DNA from: Candidatus Limnocylindrales bacterium
GTDB lineage: Bacteria; Chloroflexota; Limnocylindria; Limnocylindrales; CSP1-4
Direction: 5' to 3'
DNA: 35,657 nucleotides
Assembly: GCA_038322255.1 (NCBI GenBank)
Contig: JBBQFS010000003.1
Span: 1 to 35,657, forward strand
Below the pieces are notes generated by a model. It ran no database searches and had not been told where the DNA came from. It saw only the letters and a list, made by a program, of their open reading frames with translations. This document shows positions 10,386-19,263 of this stretch, piece by piece. Both the position numbers and the translations under genes were made by a program. Position 1 is the stretch's first letter. Every line of letters starts with the position of its first letter.

Positions 10386-11852
10386 TCAGCGCTTGCGGGA
10401 AGCCGGGCCGACGCTCCGCCCGGAAAGCGCGGCAACCGAGCCGCCACGGGCGCGTAAGCTTGGCGGCGGCTCGCCCATTCCGACAAGCGATACGAAGACG
10501 TCGACGAGCTCGGGGTCGAATTGGATGCCGCGATGGCGGCGCAGCTCGGCAATCGCCTCCTCGTGGCTCATGGCCCGCTTGTATGGGCGCTCGGAGATCA
10601 TTGCCTCGTAGGCGTCGGCGATCGCCACGATGCGCGAACCCAGCGGGATCTCGGCGCCCGCCAGGCCGTGTGGATAGCCCGTGCCATCGAACCATTCGTG
10701 GTGGTGGAGGACGATCGCGGCGGCGTCGCGGATGGCGCCGGCCTGCTCGAGAACGACCTGCCCGATTCTGGGATGCTCGACGATGGTCCGCCACTCGACG
10801 GCGGTCAGGGCGGCAGGCTTGGAAAGGATCTCGTCAGGGATCGCGAGCTTGCCCAGGTCGTGGAGCAGGCTCGCGGTCCGGATTCGATCGATGTCGCCGT
10901 CCGGCAGCCCGACCGCTCGACCGATGTCGGCGGCAAGATTCGCGATCAGCTGCGACGCACCGCCGGCCCAGCCGGGCCGTTCCGTGAGGGCGCCTAGAAG
11001 CTGGCGGTTCGACGCCTCGAAGGCCGCCTGGCCAAGCTCGGCCGCCTGGAGGCGAGCCGCCACGCCGATCGTGGCCCGCGAGACGCTCGTTTCCTCGTCG
11101 AGCGGCCGGAAGGCCTGGGCCTGGTCACGCCCGAGGCCCTTCGCGGCGTAGAGCGCCGTGTCGGCCTCGCGGAGCAGCCGGTCGATATCGAGGCGGGTGG
11201 TCCCGTCGCCGCCGGTGACCCCGGCGCTGATAGTGACGGTCACTTCGAACGCACCTGCCGGTGCCTCGATCACGAGTGCCGTTCGACCAGCGATCCGGCG
11301 CAGGTTCTCGGCGGTCGCGAGGCCGCCGTCGACGTCCGTTTCGGGCATCACCAGCAGGAACTCCTCGCCGCCGTATCGGCCAAGCGAATCGACGGATCGA
11401 ACGCTTGCCCGGAGTAAATTCGCGATATGCCGCAGGACCTCGTCGCCGGCGGCGTGGCCGTGCGTGTCGTTGACCTGCTTGAAGTGGTCGATGTCGATCA
11501 GGGCCACCGCCAGGGCGCGTCCGTAGCGGTTGGCACGCTCGATCTCGACGCCGAGGATCTGGAGGCAGGCGAGCCGGTTGAGAAGGCGCGTCAGCTGGTC
11601 CGTCGAGGCCAGCTTCTCGACGTCCGCGATGCGCCCCGCCAGGCGCTGGAGCGAGTTGCTCAGCACGCGGTCCGGGTAGTGGACCGAGGCCGGCGCCTGG
11701 CCGCCCTCGGTCGCCTGGGCCAGTCGGTCCGTCAGCCGGGCGAGCTGTCGAGCCCGCCGCCGGCCGATGACGAGGGAGAAGACGAGCGCCCCGATCACGG
11801 CGCCCGAGGCGAGCACCGCCAGCTCGAAAAGCGTGGTTGGAAGTTGCTCCAA
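10386..11852 (-). CDS. Membrane-anchored diguanylate cyclase (GGDEF) fused to an HD-GYP domain
   Basis: N-terminal TM helix, DQLTRLLNR, DIDHFK, RSVD I-site, GGEEF, then HDLGK, HHEWFDGTGYP, RPYK. Start placed at TTG 11852 (SD GGGGGA); GTG 11882 is an alternative. Confidence 0.9.
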   Translation of the reverse strand: MEQLPTTLFELAVLASGAVIGALVFSLVIGRRRARQLARLTDRLAQATEGGQAPASVHYPDRVLSNSLQRLAGRIADVEKLASTDQLTRLLNRLACLQILGVEIERANRYGRALAVALIDIDHFKQVNDTHGHAAGDEVLRHIANLLRASVRSVDSLGRYGGEEFLLVMPETDVDGGLATAENLRRIAGRTALVIEAPAGAFEVTVTISAGVTGGDGTTRLDIDRLLREADTALYAAKGLGRDQAQAFRPLDEETSVSRATIGVAARLQAAELGQAAFEASNRQLLGALTERPGWAGGASQLIANLAADIGRAVGLPDGDIDRIRTASLLHDLGKLAIPDEILSKPAALTAVEWRTIVEHPRIGQVVLEQAGAIRDAAAIVLHHHEWFDGTGYPHGLAGAEIPLGSRIVAIADAYEAMISERPYKRAMSHEEAIAELRRHRGIQFDPELVDVFVSLVGMGEPPPSLRARGGSVAALSGRSVGPASRKR

Positions 11853-11968
11853 GCGGCGGATCCCCCGGAAACCGATGTGCACGGGTGAGCTCGGTGCGCA
11901 CCTGCACCAAAGCTACGGGGCGGGGCCTGTGCGGGGCATAGCCCAAAGGTCAGGGGCCGTTGTCCCAG

Positions 11969-11977
11969 TGCTACACT
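11969..11977 (+). promoter_or_regulatory. Extended -10 element for the valS leader
   Basis: TGCTACACT immediately upstream of the T-box leader. Confidence 0.55.
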
Positions 11978-11984
11978 CCGGCCC

Positions 11985-12226
11985 TTACGACGAGGACCGA
12001 GAGGAGTAGCGTCCGAACGAGCCCACGAGCGAGTGCGGGAGGGTGCGAGCCGCGCGGGCCACGGGACGTGAAGGTCGCTCGCGAGTCGTGCGGTCGGCGC
12101 CCGATAGCGCGCCAGCGAGGGCCTCGGACCCGGTCTGGCGCGATGAGCGACCCGGACCCCGAAGCCGAACCAGCAGGTGGTACCACGACCCCGTTCGTCC
12201 GCTGGACGAGCGGGTCGTTCGATTCT
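11985..12226 (+). ncRNA. T-box riboswitch, valine-specific
   Basis: Stem I features AGTA, AGCGAG, GGTGCGA and GAA-G-GTC (Val specifier at 12074-12076). T-box AGGTGGTACCACG at 12175-12187. Alternative hairpin at 12185-12218. Upstream of valS. Confidence 0.9.
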
Positions 12227-12245
12227 CGGAGGCTGTGCGGAACTG

Positions 12246-14993
12246 ATGGGCGAGCTGTCGAAGGCCTATGTGCCCGCCGACGTGGAGGGTCCGATCTACG
12301 AGCGCTGGCTCGCGGCAGATGTCTTCGCGCCCGACGGGGCCGGCTCGCGCGCCGATCCATCGCTGGAGCCGTTCGTGATCATCCAGCCGCCGCCGAACAT
12401 CACCGGCGCGCTCCACCTCGGCCACGCGCTGACGTTCACCCTCGAGGACGCGATGGTCCGCCACGCTCGGATGCGCGGCCACCCGACGCTGTGGCTGCCG
12501 GGCGCCGACCACGCGTCGATCGCCGCGCAGTACGTGCTCGACCGCATCCTCGCCGCCGAGGGCGAGTCGCGCGAGTCGCTGGGTCGGGATCGCTACCTCG
12601 AGCGGATGTGGCAGTTCATCAACGCCACGCGCGCGATCATGTTGGGTCAGGAACGGCGGCTCGGTGCCTCGCTCGACTGGAGCCGGCTCCGGTTCACGAT
12701 GGACGAGGGCTCGGCGCGGGCCGTGCGCGAGAGCTTCACGCGGCTCTATCGCGACGGGCTGGCGTACCGGACCGAGGCGCTCATCAACTGGTGTCCCGGC
12801 TGCCGGACGAGCGTGTCGGACCTCGAGGTCGTTCCGACGCCCGAGACCGGCATGCTCTGGACGATCCGCTATCACCTGGTCGACGAGGCCACGGGCGCAC
12901 CCGATCCGAACGCATGGATCGCGGTCGCGACGACCCGCCCCGAGACCATCCTCGGCGACACCGCGGTCGCGGTGCACCCAGACGACCAGCGCTATGCCGC
13001 GCTCGTCGGGCGGCGCGTACGGATACCGTTTGTCGAGCGCGACGTCCCGATCATCGCCGACGACGTGGTCGATCGCGCGTTCGGAACCGGCGCGGTCAAG
13101 ATCACGCCGGCGCACGACCGGGACGACTACGCGACGGCCCGTCGCCACGACCTGCCGATGATCACGATGCTGGCGGACGACGCGACGGTCAACGAAACCG
13201 GCGACGGCTACATCGGGCTCGACCGATTCGAAGCGCGGCGCCAAATCGTCGCGGAGCTGGAGGCTCGCGCCGACCTCGAAGCAGCCCGACCGCACGAGAT
13301 GCTCATCGGACGCTGCCAGCGGTCCAACGACGTGATCGAGCCCCGACTCAAGACGCAATGGTTCATCCGCACCGGGCCGCTCGCCGAGCAGGCGCTCGCA
13401 GCGACGCGCGACCGGCGGACGATCATCGTGCCCCCGCGCTTCGAGAAGGTCTGGGAAAACTGGATGACGAACATCCACGACTGGAACGTCAGCCGGCAGC
13501 TGTGGTGGGGCCACCGGATCCCGGCGTGGTACTGCCCCGATGGGCACGTCAACGTCTCGGCCGACGCCGCGGGCCCCGCGGCCTGCGAGACCTGCGGCCG
13601 GCCCGCGGCCGAGCTTACCCAGGATGCCGACATCTTCGACACCTGGTACAGCGCGGGCCTGTGGCCGTTTTCGACGCTCGGCTGGCCCGACGACACCGAT
13701 GACCTGCGGCGGTACTACCCGGGCTCGGTGATGGAGACGGGCTACGACATCATTTTCTTCTGGGTCGCCCGGATGATGATGCTGGGCATCCACTTCATGG
13801 GCGAGGTGCCGTTCCGCAAGGTCTACCTGCACGGCCTCGTGAAGGACCCCTACGGCCAGCGGATGTCGAAGACGAAGGGCAACGTCGTCGATCCTCTGGA
13901 GGCGATCAACACCGCCGGCGCCGACGCGCTGCGGTTCGCGCTCCTCAATGGCACGGCCCCCGGCGCCGACCAGAAGTTCAGCGATGAGCGGCTCGAAGAC
14001 GCTCGGAACTTCGCGAACAAGCTCTGGAACGCGACACGCTTCGTCGCGGGCGCCCGGCCGGCGTCGATCGATGCCGAACGGGCCACTCGCCGGGAGCGGT
14101 CCGACCACGCCCGACTGGGGCCGACCGAGCGCTGGATCACGTCTCGCGCCGCGGCGACCGTCGAGGCGGTCGATCGGGCGTTCGCCGACGACAACTACGG
14201 CGAGGTCGCGCGGCTGCTGTACGACGCGATCTGGAGCGAATTCTGCGATTGGGGCCTCGAGCTCGCGAAAATCCGGCTCGGCGATGCCGCCGTTTCGGAC
14301 GAGGATCGCGAGGCCACGTGGTGGACGCTCGTCGAGGCGCTCGACTCGTACCTCCGGCTGCTGCACCCGCTCATGCCGTTCGTCACCGAGGCGCTCTGGG
14401 CCGTGCTGCCACACTTTGCCGACGACCCGGATCTGCTGATCGTCGCCCACTGGCCGTCCGCGGCAGCTGGCGCCGCTTCGGCGCTCGAACGCGATCCGCG
14501 CCTGGAGCGCTCGGTTGGGCAGCTGCTGGAACTGGTTCGGGCGGTGCGGACCGCGAGGGCGGCCGCGGGCGTGCCCGCTGCGGCCTGGCTGCCGGTCGAC
14601 GTCCTCGTCCCGGCGGCACTCGACGCAACGTTCGAGGCCCTCACGCCGGCGATCCAGCGCCTGGCGCGCGCCCGGCCACTGAACCGCGTGCTCGACCGAA
14701 CGCCCCTTGATGCCGCTCCGGCGGGCTCATTGGCGGTGGTGATCGGAGAGCTCGAGGCGCTCGTCCATGTCGCGGCAGCGGGCCGGGGCGAATTGGCGGT
14801 CAGGAGCGGCGAGCGAGCGAGGATCGAGAAGGACCTCGCCCAGGCCGAGGCGGCGCTCGCCTCGACGCGCGCCCGGCTGGCCGACCCGACTTTCAACGAG
14901 CGCGCGCCGGCAGCGATCGTCGAGGGCACGAAACAGCGCGAGCAGGAGCTGGCCGAGCGCGTCGAGCGCCTCCGGCAGACGGCGAGTCCCTGA
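12246..14993 (+). CDS. valS: Valine--tRNA ligase
   Basis: PPPNITGALHLGH (HIGH), TTRPET editing motif, GTGAVKITPAHD, SRQLWWGHRIP, RMSKT (KMSKS), C-terminal coiled coil. SD GGAGG at 12228-12232. Confidence 0.98.
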   Translation: MGELSKAYVPADVEGPIYERWLAADVFAPDGAGSRADPSLEPFVIIQPPPNITGALHLGHALTFTLEDAMVRHARMRGHPTLWLPGADHASIAAQYVLDRILAAEGESRESLGRDRYLERMWQFINATRAIMLGQERRLGASLDWSRLRFTMDEGSARAVRESFTRLYRDGLAYRTEALINWCPGCRTSVSDLEVVPTPETGMLWTIRYHLVDEATGAPDPNAWIAVATTRPETILGDTAVAVHPDDQRYAALVGRRVRIPFVERDVPIIADDVVDRAFGTGAVKITPAHDRDDYATARRHDLPMITMLADDATVNETGDGYIGLDRFEARRQIVAELEARADLEAARPHEMLIGRCQRSNDVIEPRLKTQWFIRTGPLAEQALAATRDRRTIIVPPRFEKVWENWMTNIHDWNVSRQLWWGHRIPAWYCPDGHVNVSADAAGPAACETCGRPAAELTQDADIFDTWYSAGLWPFSTLGWPDDTDDLRRYYPGSVMETGYDIIFFWVARMMMLGIHFMGEVPFRKVYLHGLVKDPYGQRMSKTKGNVVDPLEAINTAGADALRFALLNGTAPGADQKFSDERLEDARNFANKLWNATRFVAGARPASIDAERATRRERSDHARLGPTERWITSRAAATVEAVDRAFADDNYGEVARLLYDAIWSEFCDWGLELAKIRLGDAAVSDEDREATWWTLVEALDSYLRLLHPLMPFVTEALWAVLPHFADDPDLLIVAHWPSAAAGAASALERDPRLERSVGQLLELVRAVRTARAAAGVPAAAWLPVDVLVPAALDATFEALTPAIQRLARARPLNRVLDRTPLDAAPAGSLAVVIGELEALVHVAAAGRGELAVRSGERARIEKDLAQAEAALASTRARLADPTFNERAPAAIVEGTKQREQELAERVERLRQTASP

Positions 14994-15157
14994 CGGAGGC
15001 CTGACGGGGCCTGACGACGCCCTGGCGGCCTAGCGCTGGACGGCGAAGAACACAACGAGCGGCCATCTCTCCGAGCTGCCGCGTCGCGCGCGCGCGCGTC
15101 GACAGAATATGTCGGTCCTCCCGATCCCTTTGAACGATGGCAAGGAATACTGTTGGG

Positions 15158-16837
15158 ATGAGAACGCGACCGGTCTGGCACACAACGGATTCGTCACAAA
15201 GCGACTGGTGGCAGACGGGTGTCGTCTATCAGATCTACCCGCGCAGCTTCGCCGACAGCAACGGCGATGGCGTCGGCGACCTGCCCGGAATCCTCGAGCG
15301 GCTCGATCATGTCGGTGGGGCGTCCGATTCGCTCGGCATCGATGCGATCTGGCTGTCGCCCATCTACCCCTCGCCCGACTTCGACTTCGGCTACGACGTG
15401 TCCGACTACGTCGCAGTCGATCCGCGCTATGGGTCGCTGGCCGACTTCGAGCGGTTGGTGGCGACGTGCCACGCGCGCGGCATCAAGGTCCTCCTCGACC
15501 TGGTGCTCAACCACACCAGCGCCCAGCACCCGTGGTTCAGGGCCTCGCGCGCGAGCCGGGAAGGCGACTGCGCCGATTGGTACATCTGGGCCGATTCACC
15601 GGGCCGCTCGATCACCGGCGACCGAAGGCGACCGAACAACTGGCGATCTTGGTTCGGCGGCCCTGCCTGGACCTGGGATGAAGGTCGCGAGCAGTTCTAC
15701 ATGCATACATTCCTGCCCGAGCAGCCCGACCTGAACTGGCGGAACCCGGCGGCCCGCGCCGCGCTCCTCGAGGTGGTCCGAACCTGGCTCGACCGCGGTG
15801 TCGATGGCTTCCGGCTCGACGTCTTCAACGTGTACTTCAAGGATGCCCTGCTGCGGTCGAATCCCTGGCGGATCGGCGGTCGAAGCCTGTGGTCGTGGCA
15901 GGACCACGTCCACGATCGAAACCAGCCCGAGCTCGCTGGGCTGCTCGAGGAGGTCCGGGCGATCGTCGACGAGCGGCCGGGACGGATGACCGTCGGCGAG
16001 CTCTTCGACGGCACCATCGCGACCGCGGCCGAGCTTGCCGCGCCACGCCACCTCGCCTTCGACTTCTCGTTCATGCCGCTGCCATGGAGCGCCGCCGCCT
16101 TCGCAAGTGCCATCGCGGAGCGCGACGCGGCCTTCGGGCCGGATCGCTGGCCGGCGAACGTCCTCTCCAATCACGACCAGCCGCGTCATGCCAGCCGGTT
16201 CGAGCCGCGACATCCCGGCGGGTCGGCCGAAGAAGGTGATGCGCGGGCCAAAGTCGCCGCGGCGATGCTGCTGACCCTGCGCGGCACGCCGTTCCTGTAC
16301 TACGGCGAGGAGGTCGCGCTGCGGAACCTCTCGATCCCGAACGCCGAGGCGTTCGACCCACCGGCGCGCCGCGCGAGCCTCCTGTCCTCATGGTGGAACC
16401 GCGACCAGGCCCGTGGGCCGATGCCCTGGAATGGCGGCCCCGGCGGTGGCTTCACGACTGGCCGGCCGTGGCTCCCGCTGCCACCCGATCTGGCCGTTCG
16501 CAACGTCGAGCGCCAGGCGTCGGATCCGAGCTCCGTGCTGTGGTTCTATCGCCGGCTGCTGGGACAGCGGCGCGACATCCCCGCGCTCCAGCGAGGGACG
16601 CAGGTGCTCGTGGCGACGGGCGACGTCGACGTCCTCGCCTACGTTCGGCGGAGCGAGGGGTCGTCCGCCGTCGTCGCCCTGAACTTCGCCTCACGACCCG
16701 CGACGGTTCACCTCCCGGTCCCACCGACCGGCCGGTCGTGGCGGGTCGCGCTCTCGACCCACCCTCGACCGACCGACGAACCCCTCGCCGGGCCCCTGGA
16801 TTTGGCGCCGCTGGAGGCGCTCATCGCCTACGATTGA
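15158..16837 (+). CDS. GH13 alpha-glucosidase / oligo-1,6-glucosidase
   Basis: WWQTGVVYQIYPRSFADSNGDGVGDLPG, DLVLNHTS, QPDLNW, catalytic GFRLDV, VGE and NHD, YYGEE. Start at ATG 15158 or 15137. Confidence 0.92.
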   Translation: MRTRPVWHTTDSSQSDWWQTGVVYQIYPRSFADSNGDGVGDLPGILERLDHVGGASDSLGIDAIWLSPIYPSPDFDFGYDVSDYVAVDPRYGSLADFERLVATCHARGIKVLLDLVLNHTSAQHPWFRASRASREGDCADWYIWADSPGRSITGDRRRPNNWRSWFGGPAWTWDEGREQFYMHTFLPEQPDLNWRNPAARAALLEVVRTWLDRGVDGFRLDVFNVYFKDALLRSNPWRIGGRSLWSWQDHVHDRNQPELAGLLEEVRAIVDERPGRMTVGELFDGTIATAAELAAPRHLAFDFSFMPLPWSAAAFASAIAERDAAFGPDRWPANVLSNHDQPRHASRFEPRHPGGSAEEGDARAKVAAAMLLTLRGTPFLYYGEEVALRNLSIPNAEAFDPPARRASLLSSWWNRDQARGPMPWNGGPGGGFTTGRPWLPLPPDLAVRNVERQASDPSSVLWFYRRLLGQRRDIPALQRGTQVLVATGDVDVLAYVRRSEGSSAVVALNFASRPATVHLPVPPTGRSWRVALSTHPRPTDEPLAGPLDLAPLEALIAYD

Positions 16838-16871
16838 GCCTTCTCAGACTCGATGGACCGGGGAGATCGTC

Positions 16872-17627
16872 GTGCCGCTCGAATTCCTGCGACGCAAGGG
16901 TGGCGGGGCCCAAGCGTCCAAGGCCGCCGCCCTTGAACCGTCGCCTCGCGCGCGGGTCCCTGAGGAGGCGGTCGCCCAGGAGCACCAGCTCCGGCTGACC
17001 TTCGGCGCGAAGGCGAGCAACGGCGTCCGCCTGCAGGGCGGTCCGCACATCCTCGCCGCGCTGCCGGCGATGCTCGACGGCATCGGCATCACCCCGACAG
17101 AGGTCGTCGAGCCGCGAGCGACGAACCTCGCTGCCGCGTCCCCGGCCATCATTCGGACCGAGGAGGCGAGCGACTGGCTGCGGGCCCACGGGGCGAGCTC
17201 GCCGATCACCCGCCACGCTCTGTACGTGCTCGAATCGCTCGACGCGATCGACCCGGCATACGACACGTTCGCCTGCGCCCTGCTCGATGGCCATGTCGAC
17301 CCGGCCGGCTACCCCGAATACGCCGCGGTCGTTGGCGGCGTCGCGGCGCATTGGGACGAGTCGACCGGCGACCTGATCGTCCGGGCGCTCGTCGGCTGGG
17401 GCGGCCGCGGTGCGCGGGGCGACACGGACCGGATCGCCGGCAGGCTGCTCGGCCGGCTGCTCGGCAACATCCTCGAGAGTGGCGATTCGCTGGGCCTGAC
17501 CGGGCTCGAGCGCCCAGGCAGCGAACCCGGCGGCACGAGCATCACCTGCCCGCACTGCGGCTACCCGGCCGTCAATCAACGCGCGGTCTATTGCCCGAAG
17601 TGCGGCATGCGCATGCTCCACTCCTGA
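16872..17627 (+). CDS. Hypothetical protein with C-terminal zinc ribbon
   Basis: SD GGGGAG, GTG start, C-terminal CPHC-x11-CPKC. Confidence 0.7.
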   Translation: MPLEFLRRKGGGAQASKAAALEPSPRARVPEEAVAQEHQLRLTFGAKASNGVRLQGGPHILAALPAMLDGIGITPTEVVEPRATNLAAASPAIIRTEEASDWLRAHGASSPITRHALYVLESLDAIDPAYDTFACALLDGHVDPAGYPEYAAVVGGVAAHWDESTGDLIVRALVGWGGRGARGDTDRIAGRLLGRLLGNILESGDSLGLTGLERPGSEPGGTSITCPHCGYPAVNQRAVYCPKCGMRMLHS

Positions 17628-17640
17628 CCGAGTCGTCCGG

Positions 17641-18102
17641 GTGCCCATCTATGACTACGTCTGCGCGTCGTGCCGGAACCGGATCGAGGTGATCCATCGG
17701 ATCGACGCGGAGGGACCGAGGTTCTGCCCGGCGTGCGGCGCGGAGGGCACGATGCGCAAGGCCGTCGCGACACCCGCCGTGCACTTCAAGGGCTCGGGCT
17801 GGGCCAAGAAGGATCGATCGAGCGCGAGCCGGGCACGCTCTCGGTCCTCGAGTGATTCGTCGCCCAGCGGCGAATCGTCATCGGGCGGCGCCGGCAGCGA
17901 CGGCGGATCGACCTCGGATAGCTCGTCGGGCGGTTCCTCCTCCGATTCGTCCGGTGGTGAAGCCGCCTCGGGCTCGAAGGCCAAGGGCGACCGAACATCG
18001 ACGTCCGAGGGCAAGCCGCCCGGTGATTCGAGCGGCACCGCCCGGGACAGGACCGATGCCCGGAAGCGGGCCGACAAGTCGTCGCGGTCGAGCGAGGACT
18101 GA
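17641..18102 (+). CDS. FmdB-family zinc-ribbon protein with Ser/Gly-rich tail
   Basis: MPIYDYVCASC...CPACG...FKGSGW family signature. Confidence 0.88.
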   Translation: MPIYDYVCASCRNRIEVIHRIDAEGPRFCPACGAEGTMRKAVATPAVHFKGSGWAKKDRSSASRARSRSSSDSSPSGESSSGGAGSDGGSTSDSSSGGSSSDSSGGEAASGSKAKGDRTSTSEGKPPGDSSGTARDRTDARKRADKSSRSSED

Positions 18103-18104
18103 CG

Positions 18105-18347
18105 TTGCCACTGGCCGCGAGCGACTGGATCAGCCTCGAGGAGGCGGCTGGGATCCTTTCCGCCGCAAACGTCCGATTCCAGCCGGCCACGATCGGTGGC
18201 TGGGCCCGAGCCGGCAAAGTGCAGAGCATCAAGCTCGGTGGCCGGCGATTCGTCCGCCGCGGTGAGATCAAGGCACTGATCGCGCCGCCTCGCCGCGTCC
18301 GCGCCTCGGACCTCCAGCCCGGCCTGTTCGAGGACATTCGGGACTGA
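18105..18347 (+). CDS. Small MerR-like/excisionase-type helix-turn-helix DNA-binding protein
   Basis: WISLEEAAGIL...TIGGWARAGKVQSIKLGGRRFVRRGEI matches the HTH_17/BldC-like pattern. SD GAGGA, TTG start. Confidence 0.75.
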   Translation: MPLAASDWISLEEAAGILSAANVRFQPATIGGWARAGKVQSIKLGGRRFVRRGEIKALIAPPRRVRASDLQPGLFEDIRD

Positions 18348-19246
18348 GCGAGACGCCGCCTCCCGGTCGATTCGATGGGCTTCGCAGGCGGGCGACGCTC
18401 GTCCTCGACCAGCCCGCGGTCGCGGCGGCGCGCCGAATCCTCGATCGCTACAGCGCCGCTGGGGGCGGGTTGCTCGCCGGCGGTCTCGCCTACGCGGCCC
18501 TTTTCGCGATCGTCCCTGGCGTGCTCCTCCTGACGGGGGTCGTGGGGCTGGTGTTCGTCGACCCGGTCGACCAGGCCAAGGTCGTCGCCGTCGTGGTCGG
18601 GGTGCTGCCACCGCTCCGGGACCTGATCGAGGCGGTCCTGAGCGAGGCCGCCCAGGCGGCGGCGCCGGCATCGATCCTCGGCGCCGTCGTCCTCGTCTGG
18701 GGGACGAGCCGGTTCGTGGTCGCCTTCGAGGATTCGATCGCGCGGGTCATGGGCGGGGACCGGCGCCGGGGTCTCGTCGCCACCAACGTCGGCGCGCTCG
18801 CGGCGGTCGTGCTGATGATCGGCGCGATCGTGGTCAGCACCCTCGTCTCGGGGCTCATTGCATTCCTCGAAGCTGGCGTCGAGCTGGGCGTATTGCAGGT
18901 CCTCGGCGACGCGGTCTCCATCGCGCTAAGTTTTCTGCCGATCGTCGCGACGCTCGTGGCGACGGTGCTCGTCTACCGGATCGTGCCGCTGCCGGCCCCG
19001 ACGTGGCGCGCCGTTATCGTGCCCGGGATCACCGTAGGTCTGGCGCTGACGGTCCTCGCCCGGGTCTTCGCCTTCCTCGCGCCAAGGCTCATCGGCGCGG
19101 CGGCCCTCCTCGGGGCGTTGGCGACGGCGTTCGCGGCGCTCGCGTGGCTGAGCCTCTCGTTCCAGGCCATCCTGCTCGGCGCGGCCTGGGTGCGCGATCG
19201 TACCGATCGACAGACCCCGCCCGGGGCACGGCAGATCGGATCCTAG
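18344..19246 (+). CDS. YihY/virulence factor BrkB-family membrane protein
   Basis: RYSAAGGGLLAGGLAYAALFAIVP, about 6 TM helices, YRIVP..WRAVIVPG, ILLGAAW. The family-like N-terminus extends upstream of TTG 18470 to a CTG at 18344. Confidence 0.8.
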   Translation: MSETPPPGRFDGLRRRATLVLDQPAVAAARRILDRYSAAGGGLLAGGLAYAALFAIVPGVLLLTGVVGLVFVDPVDQAKVVAVVVGVLPPLRDLIEAVLSEAAQAAAPASILGAVVLVWGTSRFVVAFEDSIARVMGGDRRRGLVATNVGALAAVVLMIGAIVVSTLVSGLIAFLEAGVELGVLQVLGDAVSIALSFLPIVATLVATVLVYRIVPLPAPTWRAVIVPGITVGLALTVLARVFAFLAPRLIGAAALLGALATAFAALAWLSLSFQAILLGAAWVRDRTDRQTPPGARQIGS

Positions 19247-19263
19247 AAGGTACCTACCGGCGC

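Noticed and set aside
12177-12245. Upstream GTG start for valS
   Set aside because: It falls inside the T-box motif; the SD and homology support ATG 12246.
18105-18347. HTH as the excisionase of a mobile element
   Set aside because: No integrase, att repeats or visible compositional shift nearby.
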